Below are positions 1-8,390 of a stretch of 64,000 nucleotides of DNA, piece after piece. This DNA is from a virus (lineage: Duplodnaviria; Caudoviricetes). Made by a program: the position numbers and the translations under genes. The notes beneath the pieces were generated by a model that was given only the letters and a program-made list of their open reading frames with translations, was not told the origin of the DNA and did no database searches. The DNA is taken from the IMG/VR virus record IMGVR_UViG_3300048998_000149, positions 36,510 to 100,509 of that record. One strand, 5' to 3'. Numbering within the stretch: position 1 is the first letter of the stretch; each line of letters opens with the position of its first letter.

Positions 1-65
1 AGTCACGCTGATCTTCGTCGTCTATCACCTGGTGTACGGCTCTAGACACTGACCTTGGGGGTCTG

Positions 66-437
66 ATGCCTGAACCGGTCTACCGCTACCCCACCCCCGA
101 CGAATGGCTCGAACACACCCTCCGAGGCTTCGATCGACGCATCAAGGCCGCCGAGCACAAACTCTCTCAGATAGGGGCCACCATCGTGTCCGTCCAAGAT
201 CAGGTCGACGCCGCCGCCGCTGCCCTCGCCGACCTCAACGCCAAGGTGACCTCCGAGGACTCCGCCCTCAAGGCCGCTGTTGTGGCCATCCAGGAGTGGA
301 TTGCCGCGCAGCCGCCCGCCGTGGACGTCACCGGGCTCGAAGCTGCCGTGAGCACTCTGACCGCCGCGAATGACGAGCTGGCCGCAGATGTGACCGCAGC
401 CGCCGCACTCGTCCCCGCTGCCCCGCCCGTCGCCTGA
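66..437 (+). CDS. Hypothetical Ala-rich helical/coiled-coil protein
   Basis: ORF with GGGGG RBS-like run, high-GC codon usage, followed by a hairpin. Confidence 0.6.
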   Translation: MPEPVYRYPTPDEWLEHTLRGFDRRIKAAEHKLSQIGATIVSVQDQVDAAAAALADLNAKVTSEDSALKAAVVAIQEWIAAQPPAVDVTGLEAAVSTLTAANDELAADVTAAAALVPAAPPVA

Positions 438-453
438 CCCTGTACGACAGCGA

Positions 454-484
454 GAGAGGCCCCCGGCGCTGCTGGGGGCCTCTC
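454..484. terminator. GC-rich hairpin between convergent genes
   Basis: GAGAGGCCCCC ... GGGGGCCTCTC inverted repeat. Confidence 0.6.
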
Positions 485-507
485 GTGCCTGCGTTCCAGG
501 AGTTAAG

Positions 508-735
508 TCATCGAGCTCCCCACAGTTCGTTGAAGTAGCGGCGATGAGTGCGCTTCATCGCTTCCCGCGACTCCGCGCTCAGCACAACGATCTCCAACGG
601 ATCACCGCGCGCATCCAGCGCCCGCTGCCGTTCCAGTTCGAACCTGCGCTGAAGCGCCAGCCGCCCGTCGTCGAATGGCTCCTCGGCGATCGTTTTGGAT
701 TGCGCCCGGTCGTACACAAACAGGATGCGGATCAA
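508..735 (-). CDS. Small actinobacterial-type hypothetical protein
   Basis: Protein-like sequence LFVYDR...RRFELER...EIVVLSAES...THRRYF, convergent on the hairpin. Confidence 0.6.
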   Translation of the reverse strand: MIRILFVYDRAQSKTIAEEPFDDGRLALQRRFELERQRALDARGDPLEIVVLSAESREAMKRTHRRYFNELWGAR

Positions 736-812
736 CTGCCCCTCCTTTGTCTGACGTCATCATACAGCGGAACGCTCCTGTAAGCAATACTTCAAGCCTA
801 GGGAGACCTCGC

Positions 813-2438
813 GTGTCTAGCCCGCAGACCCACCTCCCCGTCCCCGGTTCGACCCGCAGCGCCCCGTTCGCCGCGTTCCGTCTGCGCGACGCCGAACCTG
901 AGGCGCACGTCGAAACTACCCTGATCTTGCGGCGACCGGACGACGGGCAGATGGACGCCGACCCGGGCGACATTGCCGCCGTCCAGGCGTTCGCCGCCGA
1001 GCACGGCTTGGGCACGGTGGCGACCCACCCGCCGGCCCGCGCAATCACCCTCGCGGGCACCGTCGCCCAGATGAACGACGCCTTCCACGTCGACCTGGGC
1101 GAGTACATCCACGCCGACCGCTCCTACCGGGGCCGTGAGGGCGACGTACACGTGCCCTTCGACATCGCCGGCAGGGTTGTGGCGGTGCTGGGCCTGGACG
1201 AGCGGGCAGCGGCGTTCACCCCTGCGCGCATCTCCCCGCGTGCCAGCAACTCGTTCTCGCCGCAGCAAGTAGCTGCGCACTACAACTTTCCGACCAACGC
1301 GGACGGCACCGGCCAGACGGTCGCGGTGATCGAGCTGGGCGGCGGCTATCGCACGAGCGATCTACAGGCGTATTTCAGCGGCATGGGCCTCCGGGTTCCG
1401 GCGGTGAGTGCCGTATCGGTTGGCGGGGCGACGAACTCGCCTGGCGGCTCCAATGCCGATGTTGAGGTTGCTCTCGATGTTGAGGTGATCGGTGCGGTTG
1501 CCCAAGGTGCAGCGCAGGCTGTCTACTTTGGACCGAACACGGACGCCGGTTTTTATCAGGCGATCGCCACCGCCGTGCATGATCAGGTCCGCAAGCCCTC
1601 GGTGATTTCGATCAGCTGGGGCGGCCCGGAGTCGAGTTGGACCGCGCAGGCACTGGATTCCTACGACGCCCTGTTCGCCGATGCTGGCGCACTCGGCATC
1701 ACCGTGCTCGCGGCGGCTGGCGACAACGGCAGCACCGACGGAACTACTACTAACACAGTTGACTTTCCTGCCTCATCTCCGCACGTCATAGCATGTGGAG
1801 GCACCACACTCACCTCAAGTGGCGAGTGGTCATGGGATGAGTCGTCACGGGGTCAGGGTGCGACTGGCGGCGGGGTCAGCCAGCATTTCGGGCTGCCGTC
1901 GTACCAGGCAAACGTCCGCGTACCGGCGAACCCGAAGGGTCTGCCCGGTCGTGGCGTGCCGGATGTTGCGGGCAATGCGGATCCGATCACCGGTTACCAG
2001 ATTTACGTCGGCGGCCAGTCCGGCATCGTCGGCGGTACGAGCGCCGTCGCGCCGTTGTGGGCTGGCTTGCTGGCCATCGCCAACCAGCTCAATAACAGCC
2101 GTGCAGGCTCGATCCATGCGGCGCTATACGCAAACCCGACCGCATTCACGGACATTACGCTGGGTAACAACGGCGGATACCAGGCCGGCCCGGGATGGGA
2201 CCCAGTAACAGGCCTCGGGGTACCGATCGGCTCGCGGATTGTGCAGGCCGTAGCCCCTGCGCCTGCCCCCACACCCGTGCCGGTCCCTGTCCCGACGCCT
2301 GTACCGACCCCTACGCCCACACCGGTGCCCGTGCCCACGCCAGCACCCACGGACGTTCCGGCGCTACTGACGTTCCTCACAGCCGTACAGGCGGCCTGTA
2401 CGCAGGCCATCACCGCGCTGAACGCTCTACCGAAGTAG
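813..2438 (+). CDS. S53 family serine-carboxyl peptidase (kumamolisin/sedolisin-like) with pro-domain and Pro/Thr/Val-rich tail
   Basis: EVALDVE (catalytic E/D), SISWG, AAGDNG (oxyanion D), FPASSP, GRGVPDVA, GGTSAVAP (catalytic S), GWDPVTGLG; GTG at 813 after GGGAG. Confidence 0.93.
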   Translation: MSSPQTHLPVPGSTRSAPFAAFRLRDAEPEAHVETTLILRRPDDGQMDADPGDIAAVQAFAAEHGLGTVATHPPARAITLAGTVAQMNDAFHVDLGEYIHADRSYRGREGDVHVPFDIAGRVVAVLGLDERAAAFTPARISPRASNSFSPQQVAAHYNFPTNADGTGQTVAVIELGGGYRTSDLQAYFSGMGLRVPAVSAVSVGGATNSPGGSNADVEVALDVEVIGAVAQGAAQAVYFGPNTDAGFYQAIATAVHDQVRKPSVISISWGGPESSWTAQALDSYDALFADAGALGITVLAAAGDNGSTDGTTTNTVDFPASSPHVIACGGTTLTSSGEWSWDESSRGQGATGGGVSQHFGLPSYQANVRVPANPKGLPGRGVPDVAGNADPITGYQIYVGGQSGIVGGTSAVAPLWAGLLAIANQLNNSRAGSIHAALYANPTAFTDITLGNNGGYQAGPGWDPVTGLGVPIGSRIVQAVAPAPAPTPVPVPVPTPVPTPTPTPVPVPTPAPTDVPALLTFLTAVQAACTQAITALNALPK

Positions 2439-2474
2439 CCCCAACACCGGGGATGGCTGAGGGGACGGTTCGCA

Positions 2475-2723
2475 ATGAGCGATAGGGACACCTCGCAGCC
2501 TTTCGCGCCGATCGTCGAGCAGTTGGGTATGCGTGCCGAGCTCGGCGACAGCGACCAAGTCACCGCGATGATCATAATCGTCAAGACAGTCGAATTCGGA
2601 ACCGGCGAAGTCGGCCTCGGCTACTACCGGTCGCCTGGTCTCGACTGGATCGACGCGCGGGGCATGATCGCCACCGCCCAGGACATCCTGACGACCGCCG
2701 ACCGCGCCGATGACGACGACTGA
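2475..2723 (+). CDS. Hypothetical phage protein
   Basis: ORF with RBS, compact alpha/beta composition. Confidence 0.6.
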   Translation: MSDRDTSQPFAPIVEQLGMRAELGDSDQVTAMIIIVKTVEFGTGEVGLGYYRSPGLDWIDARGMIATAQDILTTADRADDDD

Positions 2724-2729
2724 TGCGGC

Positions 2730-2960
2730 ATGGACCTCGATGAGGTAGTTGCCCGCGCCCGCCACGACATCGACATCCTCACCGCGTCGTTTGATCGCCT
2801 CACCAAGACCGACATCGGCACCCTGGTCCTGGCTGCGCACCTGGACGGCCAGTGCGACGCACTCGAGGACGAGGACCTGGTGGCGGCCACACCGGCTGAG
2901 CGTGCCGCACACGTTCAGGCACTCCGGGCTGTCGCCAACCGGCTGATGGACATGCCTTGA
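2730..2960 (+). CDS. Hypothetical protein
   Basis: Operon-like spacing. Confidence 0.55.
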   Translation: MDLDEVVARARHDIDILTASFDRLTKTDIGTLVLAAHLDGQCDALEDEDLVAATPAERAAHVQALRAVANRLMDMP

Positions 2961-3103
2961 CTGTCACGCCGGGTATCGACCAGCTGGTCATGGCGCTCGG
3001 CCTGACCTGCTTGGGTCTGGCGGCCCTCGAGAAGAGCTGGCGGATCGCCCTGTTTGGGCTGCTGCTCATCGCAGCAGTGTTCGTCTTTCCCGACTGGCTC
3101 TAA
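2957..3103 (+). CDS. Small membrane protein (48 aa, not in ORF track)
   Basis: TTG start overlapping previous stop; two hydrophobic stretches. Confidence 0.5.
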   Translation: MTVTPGIDQLVMALGLTCLGLAALEKSWRIALFGLLLIAAVFVFPDWL

Positions 3104-3200
3104 CTATCTCCCACAGTCCGGCCCCCACCCCAAGGACCGACGTCCCCTGCTGCTCCCCACCACCACGCGGGGGGCGTCGGTCCGGCCAACGGAGACCAAC

Positions 3201-3419
3201 ATGCGCCGCTTCGTACTTCGCCGCACCCACGACGCGACCGGCGTATCGGGCACGGGGGACGTCGCTGAGGGCTGTCAGTTCACGGACGGCACTGTCACGA
3301 TCCGCTGGACGACAGGCGAGCACCGCTCCACGGTCGTCTGGGCGAGCATCGCCGCCGCCTTCCACGTTCATGGGCACAACGGCGCAACGGTCATAAAATG
3401 GTGCGACAATGAGGAGTAG
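3201..3419 (+). CDS. Conserved small phage protein (GVSGTG...HGH family)
   Basis: DATGVSGTGDVAEG..F.DG and HGHNG motifs; GGAG RBS before ATG 3201. Confidence 0.75.
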   Translation: MRRFVLRRTHDATGVSGTGDVAEGCQFTDGTVTIRWTTGEHRSTVVWASIAAAFHVHGHNGATVIKWCDNEE

Positions 3420-3489
3420 AAGCGGCCCCCAGGTGCGCTAACACCTGAGGGCCTTACCGACCCACCTGTCTGAGAGGTGAATCGGCGTG
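3417..3489 (+). promoter_or_regulatory. Structured leader upstream of HNH gene (copy A)
   Basis: TAGAAGCGGCCC-stem-GCGCTAAC loop-GGGCC, then a second stem covering the RBS; similar to 20863-20925. Confidence 0.5.
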
Positions 3490-4005
3490 GCCGATCGTAT
3501 CTGCTCCGTGCCGGAATGTCCCCGTAAGCACTACGCCCTCGGCTACTGCTACCTGCACTGGGGCCGCTGCCGTGCCCACGGCGAGCCCGGCTCCGCCCAG
3601 GGGAGGCAGTACAGGGTCGCCGGGTGCACGGTCGCGGACTGCGCGGCGCCGCACAAGGCCGGCGGGTACTGCAATAAGCACTACCTCCGGTTCCGGTTGC
3701 ACGGCGACGCCCTCACGCTGCCAGAACCGACCGTTTACTTTGGCGCTGAGCATCCGGCCTGGAAGGGCGACGGCGTCTGCTATGGCCGGGCCCACACTCG
3801 CGTCGTTGATCTAAATGGGTCCGCCTCTCACCACAGCTGCATCCAGTGCAGTACCCAGGCCGAGGACTGGGCGTATCTGTACGGTGCGCCCGACGAGCGA
3901 CGGGATGAGCGTGGACGGCCATACAGCACGAACCCCAGTTCCTACGCTCCGATGTGTCGCTCCTGCCACAAGACGTTCGACAACGCCCACCGTCGATCCG
4001 AATAA
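3487..4005 (+). CDS. HNH-type endonuclease with two N-terminal Cys/His zinc modules
   Basis: CxxxxC..H...GxCxxH twice; WKGD..Y..AH; CxxC; MCRSCH at C-terminus. Confidence 0.75.
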   Translation: MADRICSVPECPRKHYALGYCYLHWGRCRAHGEPGSAQGRQYRVAGCTVADCAAPHKAGGYCNKHYLRFRLHGDALTLPEPTVYFGAEHPAWKGDGVCYGRAHTRVVDLNGSASHHSCIQCSTQAEDWAYLYGAPDERRDERGRPYSTNPSSYAPMCRSCHKTFDNAHRRSE

Positions 4006-4116
4006 GCCGACGCGCCTCGACGTGCGGCGTGCGCACAAGCCCTGTCACGCAAACTGCCGCGACCAGTGCTCCGACAGCTGCGACGACGACTGCTGCGACA
4101 ACGGGCCGAGCGCGGC

Positions 4117-4536
4117 ATGACGGACGAGGAACGCGCCAGCGTCGAGGGGCGCAAGAGCACCGAGCGGCTGTTCCTGGCTCGCGGCCCGTCCGAGGCCACC
4201 GTGACGGCTACCTATGAACGCGACGCGAACCGCATCCGATTGGACATCACGGCCGACGCCGATACTGCCTACGTCAACGCGTCTGTCACCAGAGGCAACG
4301 GCCTATGCCGGGACGCGCTCTGGCCCGCCGCAGGGCTTCTCGCCGACTGGCCCCCGAAGGGGGTAGCCCCAGTCGGCGGTTCGGCGGTGATCTACGACTA
4401 CTTGGCGCCGCTGAACATGCCCAGCGAGTATCTGGTGACCTTCTACCAGGGGCCTCGGCGGATCCTGAAGTTTGCCCGTACCGCCGCGGTCACCCCGCGC
4501 GATGACCGGCACTGGTTGAAGCGCCCAGCGACGTGA
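4117..4536 (+). CDS. Stand-alone paralog of an internal domain of tail protein 31265-32911
   Basis: YDYLAPLNMPSEY and DDRHWLKRPA match YDYVAPLNVTSQY and DTRHWLKNPA in the tail protein. Confidence 0.65.
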   Translation: MTDEERASVEGRKSTERLFLARGPSEATVTATYERDANRIRLDITADADTAYVNASVTRGNGLCRDALWPAAGLLADWPPKGVAPVGGSAVIYDYLAPLNMPSEYLVTFYQGPRRILKFARTAAVTPRDDRHWLKRPAT

Positions 4537-4633
4537 AGCTTCACCGCCGCTGCAAGCCAGGTACCTGCGAAGGCTGTGATCTTCGCCGAGACGCACTCAA
4601 AACGCCCACGCCGAAACCACGCCGAGGTACCCG

Positions 4634-4786
4634 ATGAAGCTCCGCGAGGCACTTCTCCTGGCCCTGCTCACCCGCAACCCGCTGGGTTTGGCCGTGCTGG
4701 ACCGCGAAGTCGCCAAGACGGTCGACCAGCGGATCGCGGCCAACAACACAGCTCTAGCCGACGCCCTCGCACGCCAGAAGGGCTGA
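4634..4786 (+). CDS. 50-aa protein ending in a tape-measure C-terminus-like peptide (not in ORF track)
   Basis: MKLREALLLALLTRNP...NNTALADALARQKG; GAGG RBS; paralogous to next gene. Confidence 0.7.
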   Translation: MKLREALLLALLTRNPLGLAVLDREVAKTVDQRIAANNTALADALARQKG

Positions 4787-4791
4787 GGCGG

Positions 4792-5013
4792 ATGAAGCTC
4801 CGCGTAGCCCTCATCAAGGCACTGTTCAGCCGCAACCCTGTGGCCAAGTTTGAGCGCTGGCAGACCGAACAGTTCCGCCAGCAGGTCAACCGCGCCGCAG
4901 GTGTCGACGTGCACATCCACCTGGACGGCCAGGAACTGTCGACGGCGTTCAAGGCGTACACCGACAAGAGCCTCGAGGCCTTCGCGGCATCCATCGCACG
5001 CCAAAGGCGGTGA
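4792..5013 (+). CDS. 73-aa protein ending in a tape-measure C-terminus-like peptide
   Basis: MKLRVALIKALFSRNP...VHIHLDGQEL...SLEAFAASIARQRR; GAGG RBS. Confidence 0.7.
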   Translation: MKLRVALIKALFSRNPVAKFERWQTEQFRQQVNRAAGVDVHIHLDGQELSTAFKAYTDKSLEAFAASIARQRR

Positions 5014-5267
5014 CCGCCATGTACCGGCTCCCCGCCAATGTGCTGTCCGACGCCGACCAGTCGAAAGCCCACACCGACCAGGTCATCGCAGGCATGGTCG
5101 CCAGCCTCCGCAGCGACCTCGCCGAAGGCATCGACCTGACCACCTTGTGGTGGACGCTGTCCCGAGGGTTCAACCGCGATCCGGAAACCACCAAAGCGCA
5201 CCTGGCGGTAGGTCTGGCGGCTGCGATTTTGCAGCTGGCCACCCGGGATGCGGCACCCGATGCCTAG
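5010..5267 (+). CDS. Hypothetical protein
   Basis: GTGA overlap with previous gene. Confidence 0.55.
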   Translation: MTAMYRLPANVLSDADQSKAHTDQVIAGMVASLRSDLAEGIDLTTLWWTLSRGFNRDPETTKAHLAVGLAAAILQLATRDAAPDA

Positions 5268-6036
5268 CCCAGGTAGAACGCGGATCAAAACCCCCAACGC
5301 GGCCAAGATCCTGATCATGGACATCGAGCGCCTACCTGGGCTGGCGCGTGTGTGGGAGCCGAGGACGAAGTACATCGGCCCCCGCAACTTTGTGGAGTGG
5401 CCGAGCCTGCTCTGCTGGGCGGCGCGTTGGTACGGCGAGAAAGAACAGATGTTCGCGGCCGAGTGGATAAGCCACGACGACATGATTTCCGAAATGTGGG
5501 CACTTTACGATCAAGCTGACATCCTCGTCAGCTTCAACGGGATCGGGTTCGATTCTAGGCATCTCAAGAGTGAGTGGCTGATGGCAGGCCTACAGCCGCC
5601 GAGGCCATGGAAAGACGTTGACCTGTACAAAGTGGTCAAGCAGTTCGGTTTCGAAAGCAAGAGTTTGGATTCGGTCTCGAGACGCCTTGGTCGTCCGGGC
5701 AAGGCTCTTTCTTATAATATGGATCTTGCGTACGCAGCCCAGGGCGGCAGTGTGCGCGCCCAGAACACGCTGCGCCGCTACAACGCCGGCGACGTCGAGC
5801 TGACCGAGTGGCTGTATGACCGGCTGCGCGGCTGGATCCCCACCCATCCGATCATCGGCGCCACCGATGGTGAAGATAAACGCTGCAACCAGTGCGGCTC
5901 GGACAAGCTGCGCAACCAGCCGTCCAAGTACCGCGCGGTGGTCATCGACTACAACCTCCTCAGATGTGCCCACTGCGGCGGCCTGAGCCGTGCGGGTTGG
6001 CACAGCAGGGTCTCATCCACCCGTGGTGTCGCATGA
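5260..6036 (+). CDS. DnaQ-like / RNase H-like 3'-5' exonuclease with C-terminal zinc ribbon
   Basis: Exo I MDIE, Exo II FNGIGFD, Exo III YNAGD; CNQC...CAHC. Confidence 0.85.
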   Translation: MPSPGRTRIKTPNAAKILIMDIERLPGLARVWEPRTKYIGPRNFVEWPSLLCWAARWYGEKEQMFAAEWISHDDMISEMWALYDQADILVSFNGIGFDSRHLKSEWLMAGLQPPRPWKDVDLYKVVKQFGFESKSLDSVSRRLGRPGKALSYNMDLAYAAQGGSVRAQNTLRRYNAGDVELTEWLYDRLRGWIPTHPIIGATDGEDKRCNQCGSDKLRNQPSKYRAVVIDYNLLRCAHCGGLSRAGWHSRVSSTRGVA

Positions 6037-6263
6037 TCGACGGCGGCCGACCGGTGGCGGAAGCCGCCGTGAGCACGCTGAAAATCTACTGCTCTCGCTG
6101 CGGCGGACCCGCCGTCTGCCCGCTGGCCACCGACCACGTGCGCGTCGATGGTCTCGGCACGCTGATGTCGTGGACGTTGCATCCGCCGGTCGATGATGAG
6201 TATTGCTGTTGGCCCGACAGGCCGGTGTGGCAACTGAAAAAGCCCACACGCGGAGTCGCCTGA
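6033..6263 (+). CDS. Small Cys-containing hypothetical protein
   Basis: ATGA overlap; CSRC motif. Confidence 0.45.
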   Translation: MIDGGRPVAEAAVSTLKIYCSRCGGPAVCPLATDHVRVDGLGTLMSWTLHPPVDDEYCCWPDRPVWQLKKPTRGVA

Positions 6264-6397
6264 TGAACGACGACGACGCAGCCCCAGGTCAGCACTGCAC
6301 CGAATGCGGCGGCCCTGGCCACGTGTGGTGCCTCGACATTCCCGACCCGTTCGTCGAACCTCTCGCAGCTGTACTAGCCAACCCACACTGCGACTGA
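6263..6397 (+). CDS. Small hypothetical protein
   Basis: TGATG overlap; CTEC motif. Confidence 0.4.
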   Translation: MNDDDAAPGQHCTECGGPGHVWCLDIPDPFVEPLAAVLANPHCD

Positions 6398-6418
6398 CCG
6401 CCACACGCACCCGAACGT

Positions 6419-6496
6419 GGTGAGCGATGCCGAAGCGGACGAGGCCCAAGGTTGTGAACCTTGGTTTAGCGGGTTCGAGTCCCGTCGCTCACCCCA
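6419..6496 (+). tRNA. tRNA-His (GTG)
   Basis: Acceptor GTGAGCG/CGCTCAC with G-1 and C73, encoded CCA, anticodon arm CAAGG-TTGTGAA-CCTTG, GGTTCGAGTCC T-arm. Confidence 0.92.
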
Positions 6497-6524
6497 ACCA
6501 CGCCGACCACCGAAGGGAGCCACC

Positions 6525-7112
6525 ATGGCCACCAACACCCCTGACACCCCCAAGGACGACGCAGCGGCCAACGGTGCTCCCGCAGGGCAGCCCGAAGCCG
6601 CCACGCCCGCAGCGGCCCCCACAGCGTCGAAGCGGCGTGGCCGGCCGAACATGCGCATGAACTCGAAAACCAGCCCCGCTGCGATCGAACGCCTCGAACG
6701 CGACCTAGCCAACGTCAACCTGCGCCGCTCCGGTGTCGCCTGGGATGCCATCGCCACCCAGCTCGGCTACGCCGACGCAGGCCACGCCCATCGCCGCTTC
6801 ATGGCCGTCATGGCCGCATACCCGCGTGAGGACGTCGACCAGGCCCGCCAGGTCGAACTAGACCGCCTCGACCAAATCCAGCACGCCATCTGGGCGCAGT
6901 GTTTGGACACCGAAAGCAAAAATCAGCATTGGGCGATCGACCGCATGCTGAAACTCTCTGACCAGCGCGCCAGGTTGCTCGGCTTGAACGCCCCTGTCAG
7001 GCAGGAGATCTCCGTGCTGTCCGAGTCGGTTGTCGATAAGGCGATCCGCGAGTTGCAGGCACAGATGCAGGCTCAGGCCAGCGAGGCTGGCGTAGAACTA
7101 CCCGCCGAGTAG
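6525..7112 (+). CDS. HTH protein, probable terminase small subunit
   Basis: LRRSG..WDAIATQLGY HTH, ELDRLD, RARLLGLNAP motif typical of actinophage TerS-like proteins; GGGAG RBS. Confidence 0.6.
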   Translation: MATNTPDTPKDDAAANGAPAGQPEAATPAAAPTASKRRGRPNMRMNSKTSPAAIERLERDLANVNLRRSGVAWDAIATQLGYADAGHAHRRFMAVMAAYPREDVDQARQVELDRLDQIQHAIWAQCLDTESKNQHWAIDRMLKLSDQRARLLGLNAPVRQEISVLSESVVDKAIRELQAQMQAQASEAGVELPAE

Positions 7113-7364
7113 GTGTAGCCCGCGCACTCGGCAGCCCAGGCAGTAGCCGTCCGCTAGGGCCACGCGCAGGCTCTCGTGGCCTTCCACGGTGGTCCGGCCG
7201 CATCCCACGCATGGCACTTCCGGCCCTGATTCGAGCGGGTCGACAGGTTCGGCCGTCGCCTCGGGGAGCACTGTGCGGCCCAGGCGGCAGCGTTCGCACA
7301 CGTCGCGCCCTTCGCCGAGCAGGAACAGTTTCTGTCCGCAGCGCCTGCACTCAGTCGGGATCAC
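7098..7364 (-). CDS. Zinc-ribbon hypothetical protein
   Basis: Four CxxC pairs; GTG start overlapping upstream gene. Confidence 0.5.
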   Translation of the reverse strand: MIPTECRRCGQKLFLLGEGRDVCERCRLGRTVLPEATAEPVDPLESGPEVPCVGCGRTTVEGHESLRVALADGYCLGCRVRGLHLLGG

Positions 7365-7770
7365 GACCGCTGCCCTTGGCCTGGAGATACTTAGATCGAG
7401 CCGCCTGGAACGCGTCCCGGTCTCCGCCCCTGTCTGGATGGGCGTCGGCCATTGCACGCCGCAGCTCCGACACGGATCGCGGTCCCGGTCGGCGGCTGAT
7501 GATCTCCGGTGGTTCGACATAGACGGGGAAGTCCTTCTCCCACCATCGGCCTGACCGCCGGTACACCTTGCCTTCGGTCTCAAGCTTGATCCGGTCAACG
7601 AACCCGATCTCGGGGCCGCGGTAGGTTTCTTCCCGGACGTAGTAGATCCGCTTAGCTGTCTTCTTCGTGATCCGGAATCGAACGACGACCGAAACGAAGT
7701 CGGTGTGTTCGCCGTAGTCCTTCCCGTAGAGGTACTCGACGGGAGCGGCGTCCTGTGGTGGCTCGGTCAC
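7351..7770 (-). CDS. Protein with C-terminal J-domain-like (HPD) module
   Basis: ELRRAMADAHPDRGGDRDAFQAARSKY. Confidence 0.65.
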   Translation of the reverse strand: MTEPPQDAAPVEYLYGKDYGEHTDFVSVVVRFRITKKTAKRIYYVREETYRGPEIGFVDRIKLETEGKVYRRSGRWWEKDFPVYVEPPEIISRRPGPRSVSELRRAMADAHPDRGGDRDAFQAARSKYLQAKGSGRDPD

Positions 7771-8132
7771 TGTTGCGGCTCGGGTGACAGCAGGGACCGT
7801 TTCGCTTCGATCTCCGCGTCTCGTTGGCGGTCGATGCCGTTCGCACAGTGAGGTAGTCCTCGCGCGAACGCTGCCTCACCGATGGGATGCAGTCCCTGGT
7901 AGTTGTAGCGGGGCCGCTCGGTCCTGATGGCCAGCAGCTCAGCGTCGTGCGTGGCTTCCCTGCTTGGCAGGAAGTCGAGGGTGATGCGCTCGATTTCCGC
8001 AGCCCAGTGCTTCGCCCTGGCATAGGCGATGCGGTCGGCTATCTGCGCTAGGTGCGTTCGGCCGACGTACAGCAGCGTGGCGTCTAGCGCCCAGATGCGG
8101 TACACGATGTGGATTTTGATGGCGGGGGCCAT
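7767..8132 (-). CDS. GIY-YIG superfamily nuclease domain protein
   Basis: VYRIW...LLYVGRT...E..AIRTERPRYN. Confidence 0.75.
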   Translation of the reverse strand: MAPAIKIHIVYRIWALDATLLYVGRTHLAQIADRIAYARAKHWAAEIERITLDFLPSREATHDAELLAIRTERPRYNYQGLHPIGEAAFARGLPHCANGIDRQRDAEIEAKRSLLSPEPQQ

Positions 8133-8309
8133 TTAGCGGGTCCTCTTCGGGGTGGTGCGAGCCGTCATGGCCTCGCTGAGGAGCTTTCGAATCATCTGGG
8201 ACACGTTGCCCTCGGTTTCAAGGTCGGCGAGGCGACGCACTTCGGCGAGTGCGGTTGGCGCCAGCCGGACCGGGAAAACCTCCCGAGGAGCCCGTTTCGT
8301 ATCTGTCAC
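8133..8309 (-). CDS. Ribbon-helix-helix DNA-binding protein
   Basis: VFPVRL (beta)...AEVRRLA...NVSQMIRKLL; leaderless GTG. Confidence 0.7.
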   Translation of the reverse strand: MTDTKRAPREVFPVRLAPTALAEVRRLADLETEGNVSQMIRKLLSEAMTARTTPKRTR

Positions 8310-8390
8310 GATTACGATTCTACCACATTTAAGGGTGGCGTAGTCGGATGGATTACGCGTCTGACCTGCGCTTATGGTAAACTGGGTGTC
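8310..8390. promoter_or_regulatory. Divergent leaderless promoters with repeated GATTACG boxes
   Basis: Minus strand TGG-TAGAAT 7 nt before GTG 8309; plus strand TGG-TAAACT 7 nt before ATG 8391; GATTACG near 8310 and 8351. Confidence 0.5.

Noticed and set aside
675-812. Upstream ATG start for the S53 protease
   Set aside because: It overlaps the divergent gene 508-735 and is not protein-like; GTG 813 has an RBS.
6419-6496. tRNA-His as an attachment site or prophage boundary
   Set aside because: No duplicated 3' end found by eye, no integrase in the window, and phage-like genes lie on both sides.
6417-6524. N-terminal extension of the 231-aa ORF
   Set aside because: It overlaps the tRNA; ATG 6525 has a proper RBS.
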